This document shows positions 56,715 through 64,000 of a DNA stretch of 64,000 nucleotides, piece by piece. A program made the position numbers and the translations under genes. Source of the DNA: an uncultured Acidobacteriota bacterium (GTDB lineage: Bacteria; Acidobacteriota; Vicinamibacteria; Vicinamibacterales; 2-12-FULL-66-21); NCBI GenBank assembly GCA_963725145.1, contig CAVRXL010000001.1:156176-220175 (forward strand), in the 5' to 3' direction. Under the pieces are notes generated by a model. It did not search any database. It was not told the origin of the DNA and worked only from the letters and a program-made list of their open reading frames with translations. Numbering within the stretch: the stretch's first letter is position 1; every line of letters starts with the position of its first letter.

Positions 56715-56737
56715 CGCCGTAGCGCGCACGCGAGGCG
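56715..56737. repeat. Degenerate third copy of the GTAG-containing repeat (CGCCGTAGCGCGCACGCGAGGCG)
   Basis: Shares CGCCGTAGCGCGCA and CGCGA-GGCG with copies 1 and 2, with two small deletions. Lies between 56681 and 56763. Confidence 0.45.
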
Positions 56738-56762
56738 TTGTTCTTGCACGCGCGCCGCCGCG

Positions 56763-59606
56763 ATGAGACCTCATCCGCTCGCCCGACGAATCACGCCGCT
56801 CGTCCTGCTGTTTGCGAACTTCGCGCTTCTCGGCCCGTCGCTCCGCGCCGCGACGGTTCCAACAGGCTTCACAGAGACCCTCGTCGCCAGCGGGCTGCGC
56901 AGTCCGACCGCGATGCAATTCGCTCCCGATGGCCGTCTTTTCGTTTGCGAGCAGACTGGCGCATTGCGCATCATCAAGAACGGTGCGTTGCTATCTGCGC
57001 CTTTTCTTACACTGTCTGTCGATTCGAGCGGTGAGCGGGGCCTGCTCGGCGTCGCGTTCGATCCCGACTTCATCAGCAACCAATTCGTATACGTGTACTA
57101 CACGACGGCGTCGACTCCGATTCACAACCGCATCAGCCGCTTCACCGCGAATGGCGACGTGGCGGTGCCGGGATCCGAAGTGGTGATCCTCGACCTCAAC
57201 AATTTGAGCGGCGCGACGAATCACAACGGCGGCGCGCTGGCGTTCGGGCCGTCAGACGGGAAGCTGTATGCAGCTGTCGGCGAAAACGCCGATGGCCAGA
57301 ACGCGCAGACGCTCAACAACCTGCTCGGAAAAATGCTCAGGATCAACAAGGACGGCTCGATCCCGAACGACAATCCGTTCTTCACGCAGGCGACCGGCAA
57401 CAATCGGGCGATCTGGACGCTGGGCCTCCGCAATCCGTTCACATTCGCGTTCAACCCGGTCGGCCCGGAGATCTTCATCAACGACGTCGGCCAGAACACA
57501 TGGGAGGAGATCAACGAGGGACGCGCGGGCGCCAATTATGGGTGGCCGCAAACGGAAGGAACTTCGGGCCCTGGCATCGACGGCCCGAGATACGCGTACT
57601 CTCATTCGAACCCGGCCGGCTCGTGCGCCATCACCGGCGGAGCGTTCTATCACCGGACCGCGCCGTTTCCCTCGCAGTACTTCGGCGACTACTTCTTCGC
57701 GGACTATTGCGGTGGTTGGATTCGCAGGCTCGATCTGGCGACCGACACCGTCACCCAGTTCGCCGAGGGGATTTCCTTTCCCGTCGATCTGAAGGTGTCC
57801 GACGACGGCAGTCTGTACTATCTCGCGCGGGGAACGGGGTCCGCGACCGGCACGGTCGTTCGCGTTCAGTTCGGCGCGTCGCCGACCATTTCGTCGCATC
57901 CGACGAGCCGAACCGTCGCGCCCGGTACCTCGGTCACCTTCAGTGTCACTGCGTCGGGTCAACCTCCCCTGCGCTACCAGTGGCAGCGGAACGAGGTCAA
58001 CATCGCCGGCGCGACGACACAGAACTACACGATCGCCTCGGTGCCGGCCGGAGACAACGGATCCCGGTTCCGCGTCATCGTCAGCAACGACTTCGGGAGC
58101 GTCACCAGCAACACGGCCGTCCTGACCGTCAGCGCCAACCAACCGCCGGCGGGAACCATTTCGCAGCCGGCCGCGGGCACGCTCTACAGCGGCGGCAGCG
58201 TCATCAACTACTCCGGCACGGCGACGGATCCCCAGCAGGGCACGCTTCCGGCGAGTGCGTTCACGTGGCAGGTGGATTTCCATCACGACACACACATCCA
58301 CCCGTTCATCGCGCCAGCAACCGGCGCCAGCAGTGGATCGTTCGCGATTCCGACGACCGGGCATACCGAGTCGAATGTCTGGTACCGGATCCATCTGACG
58401 GTTCGCGATTCCGGCGGCCTGACCCACACGTCGTTCCGGGACGTCCTTCCGCGCAAGGTTCAAGTGACGCTCGCCACGAGTCCACCCGCGCTGCAGCTGC
58501 TGCTCGATGGCCAGCCGCGCGCGACGCCGGTTTCGTTCCCAGGCGTCGTCGGCATCGTTCGAACGCTCGAAGCACCCGCGACGCAGGCGTCGGGCGGAAC
58601 GACCTATGAGTTCGTCTCCTGGTCTGACGGCGGCGCCAGGGTGCACAACATTTCCACGCCGACGGCGAACACCACCTACACCGCGACCTATCGAGTAGCC
58701 GCCGGCGGGACCGGAACGGGTCTGTCGGCGACGTACTACAACAACATCGACTTCACCGGCACGACGGTCGCGCGCGCCGATCCAACCGTCGACTTCAACT
58801 GGGGCTCCGGCGCGCCGGCGGCCGGCATCGCCGCGGACACGTTCAGCGTGCGCTGGACCGGCCAGGTCGAGGCGCAGTTCACCCAGACCTACACGTTCTA
58901 CACGCAGAGCGACGATGGTGTGCGGCTGTGGGTGAATGGTCAGCAGCTGGTCAACAACTGGACGGATCACTCGACGACTGAGAACAGCGGCACGATTTCG
59001 CTGACGGCCGGCCAGCGGTACGACATCCGGATGGAGTTCTACGAGAACGGCGGGGCGGCCGTGGCGAGGCTCTTGTGGAGCAGCGCCTCGACGCCCAAGG
59101 CGGTGATCCCGAGAGCGCGGCTGTACTCGCAAACTCCCGCCAGCGTCATCCGGGTCAACTTCCAGCCATCGGGGGCGCCAGTGCCGGCGGGCAATCTACC
59201 CGACACGGGTCTGGTGTTCGCCAATCGCGGCAACGGACAGAGTTACGGCTGGAACGCGGACAACACGGCGCAGACGCGCGACCGGAACGCCGCGAACTCG
59301 CCCGATCAGCGGTACGACACGCTGACCCATCTGCAGAAGCCCGCAAATCCGGATGCCGTCTGGGAAATCTCGGTCGCCAGCGGGACGTATCTCGTTCGCG
59401 TGGTGTCCGGAGATGCCGGCTTCTTCGACAGCGTGTTCAGGACGACCGTCGAGGGCGTGCTGACCGTCAACGGCACACCGACGATCTCGACCCGCTGGAT
59501 CGAAGGCACATCGACGGTGACGGTGAGTGATGGGCGGCTCACGATTCGAAGCGGATCCGGGGCGAGCAACAACAAGATCTGCTTCGTGGAAATCACCCGG
59601 CAGTGA
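56763..59606 (+). CDS. Exported PQQ-dependent sugar dehydrogenase fused to Ig-like, PA14 and malectin-like domains
   Basis: GSDH-type propeller (PTAMQFAPDGRLFVCEQTGALRII...HNGGALAFGPSDGKLY). Two Ig-like repeats. PA14 (SATYYNNIDFTG...DDGVRLWVNGQQLVNNW). C-terminal carbohydrate-binding-like domain. Confidence 0.85.
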   Translation: MRPHPLARRITPLVLLFANFALLGPSLRAATVPTGFTETLVASGLRSPTAMQFAPDGRLFVCEQTGALRIIKNGALLSAPFLTLSVDSSGERGLLGVAFDPDFISNQFVYVYYTTASTPIHNRISRFTANGDVAVPGSEVVILDLNNLSGATNHNGGALAFGPSDGKLYAAVGENADGQNAQTLNNLLGKMLRINKDGSIPNDNPFFTQATGNNRAIWTLGLRNPFTFAFNPVGPEIFINDVGQNTWEEINEGRAGANYGWPQTEGTSGPGIDGPRYAYSHSNPAGSCAITGGAFYHRTAPFPSQYFGDYFFADYCGGWIRRLDLATDTVTQFAEGISFPVDLKVSDDGSLYYLARGTGSATGTVVRVQFGASPTISSHPTSRTVAPGTSVTFSVTASGQPPLRYQWQRNEVNIAGATTQNYTIASVPAGDNGSRFRVIVSNDFGSVTSNTAVLTVSANQPPAGTISQPAAGTLYSGGSVINYSGTATDPQQGTLPASAFTWQVDFHHDTHIHPFIAPATGASSGSFAIPTTGHTESNVWYRIHLTVRDSGGLTHTSFRDVLPRKVQVTLATSPPALQLLLDGQPRATPVSFPGVVGIVRTLEAPATQASGGTTYEFVSWSDGGARVHNISTPTANTTYTATYRVAAGGTGTGLSATYYNNIDFTGTTVARADPTVDFNWGSGAPAAGIAADTFSVRWTGQVEAQFTQTYTFYTQSDDGVRLWVNGQQLVNNWTDHSTTENSGTISLTAGQRYDIRMEFYENGGAAVARLLWSSASTPKAVIPRARLYSQTPASVIRVNFQPSGAPVPAGNLPDTGLVFANRGNGQSYGWNADNTAQTRDRNAANSPDQRYDTLTHLQKPANPDAVWEISVASGTYLVRVVSGDAGFFDSVFRTTVEGVLTVNGTPTISTRWIEGTSTVTVSDGRLTIRSGSGASNNKICFVEITRQ

Positions 59607-59621
59607 GTCGGGCCGGAGTCG

Positions 59622-60776
59622 CTAGACCTTCGAGACGGGCCGGCTGACCGGACGCGCGCGGCGAAAAGGCCAGAGGAACTGCGACAGGTATCCGTCCCGG
59701 GGTGTGTCCCCGTGCGTCAGGCCGTACCCAGACGGCCATCGGTCCGGAAGATACGCCGTGCCGAAGATGACGTCCAGGATCGGCACGTGGACGGCGAAGT
59801 TCTTGTCGACCGCGGCCGGCTCCGCGGCGTGATGCCAGTGGTGGAACTGCGGCGTCGCCACGACCCATCGGAGCCAGCCGAATTCGAACCGCACGTTCGC
59901 ATGGATGAACGTCGCCTGCGCGCTCACGACGACGAGATACGCGACGAGCGGGCCATCCGCAAAACCGAGCAGGTAGATCGGCACGTACGTGAGACCGCGC
60001 GTCACGGCGATGTCCACGAGGTGCAGACGCGAGCCGGCGAGCCAGTCCATCTCCGTCGCCGAGTGATGGACGGCGTGAAAACGCCACAGCGCCGGGATGC
60101 GGTGGAACGCACGGTGAACCCAATACTGCGTGAAGTCAGCGACGACGAGCAGCGCGACAAACTGCACGATGACCGGCCATTCTCGGACCCAGGCTTGAAC
60201 GCCCGGAACGACAGCCCAGTCGAACAGCGTCATCGCCGGCTTCAGCGTGAGGATGGTGGTGACCTGAACGAACAGCGCGCTGACGAAGAAGTACGTCAGA
60301 TCGGTTCGCCACCCGCGGCGGAAAACGCCCTGCTCCGGCAGCCGCGCAAACAGCTGCTCGAGCGGAACGAAAACGGCCGAATAGAGAATGAGGTTGAGAA
60401 GGAACCAGTCGAGGCCAAGAAACGGACCCGGCTGAAGCTCACCTTCGACCGGGACGCGAGAGCCGCCGAGCAACGCCGCGGCGAGCGTCGTGACGACGCC
60501 GATCGTGCCGAGCGCCCTGTTCCGGCGGAGCGAAAGGCTGAACGCGCCAAGAACGAACGCCGCCACCAGCACGAGGTGCAGCAGCGCGCGGACGTACGGA
60601 AGCGGATACAGCGCCCTGGCCTCAGGCACCGTCAGCAGCGACGGAAAGTGGAAGCACAACACGGCGCCCAGGCCGATGAGACCGAGCGCGGCGGACAGCA
60701 CGCCGCTCAGCCAGCCCGATCCAAACCTCGTGGGCTCGAACGTGCGGAGCGAGTAGAACGGCCTCGTGTCCTTCAT
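59622..60776 (-). CDS. Sterol desaturase / fatty-acid hydroxylase family membrane protein
   Basis: His boxes HRAFH, HAVHH and HHWHH. Start at MKDTRPFY (60776), overlapping the yafY-like stop (ATGA). Confidence 0.85.
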   Translation of the reverse strand: MKDTRPFYSLRTFEPTRFGSGWLSGVLSAALGLIGLGAVLCFHFPSLLTVPEARALYPLPYVRALLHLVLVAAFVLGAFSLSLRRNRALGTIGVVTTLAAALLGGSRVPVEGELQPGPFLGLDWFLLNLILYSAVFVPLEQLFARLPEQGVFRRGWRTDLTYFFVSALFVQVTTILTLKPAMTLFDWAVVPGVQAWVREWPVIVQFVALLVVADFTQYWVHRAFHRIPALWRFHAVHHSATEMDWLAGSRLHLVDIAVTRGLTYVPIYLLGFADGPLVAYLVVVSAQATFIHANVRFEFGWLRWVVATPQFHHWHHAAEPAAVDKNFAVHVPILDVIFGTAYLPDRWPSGYGLTHGDTPRDGYLSQFLWPFRRARPVSRPVSKV

Positions 60777-61744
60777 CGGCTGTCCACCCTCCCCCGTTCG
60801 ACCACTGACGCCGCTTCGGCGAGGACGCGCTGCCGCAGATTCGCCGGCTCGATCACGTCCACACGCGGACCGAGCCCGAGGACGACGCTGCACGCCTCCT
60901 CTTCGGAATCGAACCGGAGCCGCAGCGTCACCCAGCCGTCGGGGTCCGGTCCGCGCGCATGGTCGATCTGAACCGACCACGGAGGCCGCGACATTCTGAC
61001 CCAGCCTGCCGTGCGCGGCTCTACTCGCACGAGCGCGTCGAATCGGGGAAGCGCTTCGCTGAACCGCTCAGAAGAGGATTTCCAGTACGCAGCGAGGTCG
61101 AAATCCGGCGGCCGTTCGCTCGACTCGTCGAGGACGACCGCCTGCACGATGCGCGAGACGCGATACGTGCGATAGCCCTCTGACGTGTTGGCGACGAGAT
61201 ACCAGGTGCTGCCCTTGGCGACGAGGCCGAGTGGCGAGACGACGCGCTCGACCGACTCGCTCCCGGGACGCTGGTACTGGAGCTTCAGCCTGCGATCGTG
61301 TGAGACCGCCTCCTGGACGATCGGCAGCATGACGAGGTTCTCGGACGCGCCGCGCCAGCCCGTCGTATCGATGTAGAGCCTCTGTCGAATCGACGCCGCC
61401 TGCTGACGCAGAGTGACGGGCAGCGATGCCATGAGCTTCCCGATCGCGCGCTCGGCCGCGCCGGCGAGCCGCGTGTCTCCAATCATGCGCGGCTGCGCCA
61501 TGAGAAGGGCCCGGAGCTCCGCCTCGTCGAGGCCCGGCACCTGGGTGCGCCAGCCCTGGTCGAGCTGCCAGCCCCCGCGCGCCCCGCGGAGGGCGACGAC
61601 CGGGACGCCGGCAGCGCTGAGCGCTTCCATGTCCCGGTGCACGGTCCGACCCGACACCTCGAGCCGCCGGGCGAGCTCGCGCCCCGTCAGGCGTCCATGC
61701 GCCTGCAGCAGCAGAAGGGCGGAAAGCAGGCGGTCGGCTTTCAT
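60773..61744 (-). CDS. YafY-family HTH + WYL domain transcriptional regulator
   Basis: HTH GRELARRLEVSGRTVHRDMEAL. WYL-type segment GSTWYLVANTSEGYRTYRVSRI. Confidence 0.85.
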   Translation of the reverse strand: MKADRLLSALLLLQAHGRLTGRELARRLEVSGRTVHRDMEALSAAGVPVVALRGARGGWQLDQGWRTQVPGLDEAELRALLMAQPRMIGDTRLAGAAERAIGKLMASLPVTLRQQAASIRQRLYIDTTGWRGASENLVMLPIVQEAVSHDRRLKLQYQRPGSESVERVVSPLGLVAKGSTWYLVANTSEGYRTYRVSRIVQAVVLDESSERPPDFDLAAYWKSSSERFSEALPRFDALVRVEPRTAGWVRMSRPPWSVQIDHARGPDPDGWVTLRLRFDSEEEACSVVLGLGPRVDVIEPANLRQRVLAEAASVVERGRVDSR

Positions 61745-61849
61745 TCTTTGGGCTAGCGGGCTTTGGGCTCGCGGGGCCGCAGGCGCTGGCTCAGAATTAT
61801 GACACTGGATGACATATATCGGCCGCTATCGTATAGGTCCACTCGTGGC

Positions 61850-61900
61850 ACGAGGCTTCAGCCTCGTCCGCGGACGACTGCGACGACCCTAAAGGGTCGT
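61850..61900. repeat. Pair of hairpins ACGAGGCT-TC-AGCCTCGT and ACGACCCT-AA-AGGGTCGT in the yafY/dinB divergent region
   Basis: Two 8-bp perfect stems (61850-61867 and 61883-61900). The second is the reverse complement of 19751..19768. Confidence 0.6.
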
Positions 61901-61929
61901 TCCACGCGGCAAGATGAGGGAGAGAGCCC

Positions 61930-62445
61930 ATGAAAATGACCGAATTGTTTCTGGCAGAGATCGATCGCGAGGCGGCGGCGACCCGGCGAGCGCTCGAACG
62001 GGTTCCCGACAGCCGCCCTGACTGGACGTCCTGGAAGCCGCACGAGAAGTCGATGCCCCTGGGCTACCTTGCGCTCCTCGTCGCGACGATGCCCTCCTGG
62101 GTCACGATGACGGTGCAGCAGGACGAGCTCGACATCCTTCCGGGCGGAAAACCGACGATCCCGCCGCTTCCGTCCACGAGCAAGGAGCTCGTGGATATAC
62201 ACGACGGCCACGTCGCCAAGGCGAGGGAAGCGCTGGCGAGCACGACCGACGAGCATCTGATGAAACCGTGGCGGCTGCTTGCGAACGGAAAGGTCGTGAG
62301 CGAGACGCCGCGCCACGTCATGCTGCGTGACGGCGTACTGAACCATCAGTGGCACCACCGGGGGCAGCTCACCGTCTATCTGCGGCTCAACGGCGCGCCG
62401 GTCCCGGCGATCTACGGCCCTTCCGCCGACGAAGGCAGGATGTAG
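61930..62445 (+). CDS. DinB-family protein
   Basis: MKMTELFLAEIDREAAATRRALERVP...NHQWHHRGQLTVYLRLNGAPVPAIYGPSADE. Confidence 0.8.
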   Translation: MKMTELFLAEIDREAAATRRALERVPDSRPDWTSWKPHEKSMPLGYLALLVATMPSWVTMTVQQDELDILPGGKPTIPPLPSTSKELVDIHDGHVAKAREALASTTDEHLMKPWRLLANGKVVSETPRHVMLRDGVLNHQWHHRGQLTVYLRLNGAPVPAIYGPSADEGRM

Positions 62446-62463
62446 GCGGCGTAGAATGCGACC

Positions 62464-63801
62464 GTGGGCCGGATAACGGCGGGGGCGGCGCTCCTGACAG
62501 CCTCCTTACTCGGGGGCTCGGAGCCGCGTGTCGTTGGCACGACCGCGGATGTGTCGCCCCGCGCGGTCGTCGCCGAGTACGACGGCATCATCCATCCGAT
62601 TGCCGCCGAGTTCGTAGAGGAAGCGATCACGCGCGCCGATTCCAGCGGGGCGACCGTCGTGGTGCTCGTGCTTCGAACTCCCGGAGGGCTTCTCGAGTCG
62701 ACGCGAACGATTGTGTCGCGGATGATCGCGGCAAGAACGCCCGTGGCGGTCTGGGTCGGGCCATCCGGCGCGCGCGCGGCGTCGGCCGGCTTCATCATCG
62801 CGCTCGCGGCCGACGTCGCAGCAGTAGCCCCGGGGACTCACATCGGAGCCGCGCACCCGGTGTCCGCCGGCGGCGAGTCGTCGCCGATCACGGAAACCAT
62901 GGCCAAGAAGATCGCCTCCGATGTCGCCGCCTATGCGCGCACGCTCGCGGATGCCCGGGGCCGGAACGCCGCGCTTGCGGCAGAGGCGGTTACCGACAGC
63001 CGCGCGTTCACGGATCGTGAGGCGCGGGCCGCCTCACCGCCGCTTGTCGAGTTCACCGCCGCCAGTGTGGACGACCTGCTGCAGCAGCTCGATGGCCGGA
63101 CGATCAAGCGGTTCGACGGCCGCACGATTACGCTCCACACCGCGGGCATCGTCGCCGAGCGCGTGGAGATGACCCGGCGGCAGCGGTTCCTCAGCGCCAT
63201 CGCGCACCCGCAGATTGCATTTCTGCTCCTCACGCTCGGGATGCTCGGATTGACCGTTGAAATGTGGCATCCGGGGGCGATCGTGCCGGGGGTCGCAGGA
63301 GGGCTCTGCCTGCTGCTCGCGTTCTTTGCCTTCCAGGTACTGCCGCTCAACACCATCGGGCTGCTCCTGATCGTGTTCGGGCTGGCGCTGCTCGTCCTCG
63401 AACTGAAAGTGCCGAGCTTCGGCGCACTCGGCGTCGGGGGGACGATCAGCCTGCTCGTCGGATCGGTGATGCTCACGACGGCGGTCCCCGGCGTACGCGT
63501 CGGGTACGGGGTGATCGTCCCCACCGTGCTTGCGCTCGCGGCGATCGTCTTGTTCCTCGGCCGTCTCGCGCTCGTGGCGCAGCGAAGCAAGCCGGTGACT
63601 GGCGTAGAAGGTCTGGTCGGCGAACGCGGCAGCACGTTGACGGTCGTCGATGCGGGGCGGCCGGGTCAGGTTCGCGTGCACGGAGAGATCTGGCGCGCGA
63701 CGTCCGTGGTGCCGCTGGCCGCGGGCCGCGGCGTCCGCGTCACCGCCGTCGACGGATTGACGGTGCTGGTCGAACCCTCCGATCCGCCGGCCACGAAGTG
63801 A
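62464..63801 (+). CDS. NfeD-family membrane-bound ClpP-class serine protease
   Basis: ClpP-like N-terminal domain (VLRTPGGLL...SAGFIIALAAD), TM helices and a C-terminal NfeD OB domain (VRVHGEIWRA). Confidence 0.85.
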   Translation: MGRITAGAALLTASLLGGSEPRVVGTTADVSPRAVVAEYDGIIHPIAAEFVEEAITRADSSGATVVVLVLRTPGGLLESTRTIVSRMIAARTPVAVWVGPSGARAASAGFIIALAADVAAVAPGTHIGAAHPVSAGGESSPITETMAKKIASDVAAYARTLADARGRNAALAAEAVTDSRAFTDREARAASPPLVEFTAASVDDLLQQLDGRTIKRFDGRTITLHTAGIVAERVEMTRRQRFLSAIAHPQIAFLLLTLGMLGLTVEMWHPGAIVPGVAGGLCLLLAFFAFQVLPLNTIGLLLIVFGLALLVLELKVPSFGALGVGGTISLLVGSVMLTTAVPGVRVGYGVIVPTVLALAAIVLFLGRLALVAQRSKPVTGVEGLVGERGSTLTVVDAGRPGQVRVHGEIWRATSVVPLAAGRGVRVTAVDGLTVLVEPSDPPATK

Positions 63802-63809
63802 GGAACGCC

Positions 63810-64000
63810 ATGATTGTGTCACCCGTGTTGATCGTCGCCACCATCGTGGTCGTGTATCTGATCAGCTCGATTTACATCCTCAAGGAGTACGAGCGCGGCG
63901 TTATCTTCCGGCTGGGCAAACTGCTCCCAGAGCCGAAAGGCCCCGGGCTCATCCTGGTGTTCCGGCCCATCGACGCGATCGTGAGAATCAGCCTCCGCAC
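63810..64000 (+). CDS. SPFH/band-7 (stomatin/prohibitin-like) protein, 5' part only (runs off window)
   Basis: TM helix, then ILKEYERGVIFRLGK, the typical SPFH start. Classic NfeD-SPFH pairing. GAGGAA lies upstream of the ATG. Confidence 0.8.
   Translation, partial: MIVSPVLIVATIVVVYLISSIYILKEYERGVIFRLGKLLPEPKGPGLILVFRPIDAIVRISLR

Noticed and set aside
1-64000. Search for tRNA, rRNA, tmRNA, integrase, transposase, toxin-antitoxin pairs or restriction-modification genes.
   Set aside because: None recognised by eye. The intergenic gaps are mostly under 250 nt and lack tRNA-like T-arm/acceptor patterns. A covariance-model scan (tRNAscan-SE, Infernal) would be needed to be certain.

Overview
This is a G+C-rich chromosomal segment. 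Hand-counted 60-nt stretches outside the island are about 70% G+C. I call about 52 protein-coding genes and recognise no rRNA, tRNA, CRISPR array, transposase or integrase. Two ADOP-type (acidobacterial duplicated orphan permease, MacB/FtsX-like) genes and many exported hydrolases suggest an Acidobacteriota-like soil bacterium; that attribution is inference only. Most content is housekeeping or accessory metabolism: 2 sulfatases, GH2, BNR/Asp-box protein, M14 and M20 peptidases, class-C-like serine hydrolase, PQQ sugar dehydrogenase, ABC-2 exporter, YciI plus ECF-like sigma factor, split LigD (Pol + Lig), two DinB genes, a YafY/WYL regulator and an NfeD/SPFH pair. Points worth a second look: (a) a secreted protein whose C-terminus aligns without gaps to the hydroxyproline-binding beta domain of human pVHL; (b) a PhzF-like isomerase coupled to a membrane-anchored TIR-domain protein; (c) a ~5.4 kb low-G+C island (32.9-38.3 kb) with an AraC regulator, a Cys-rich Ca-binding secreted protein, its own DsbA-like oxidoreductase and an unknown 680-aa exported protein; (d) a lone hcp inside a non-T6SS operon; (e) a split LigD operon that continues into a zinc-ribbon membrane protein and a Tat-exported hydrolase; (f) an aldo-keto reductase/P-loop kinase/degenerate HAD fusion; (g) several families of small intergenic elements, namely GTAG-headed REP-like hairpins abutting stop codons, a 147-nt CACAGAG-rich palindrome, a 28-nt repeat and a 14-nt AT-rich tandem repeat; (h) a four-segment attenuator-like leader. 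Important caveat: at least ten single-base frame breaks interrupt eight otherwise clearly homologous genes. The assembly is therefore either indel-prone or the genome carries many pseudogenes. All calls come from reading the ORF translations and the raw sequence by eye; no searches were run.
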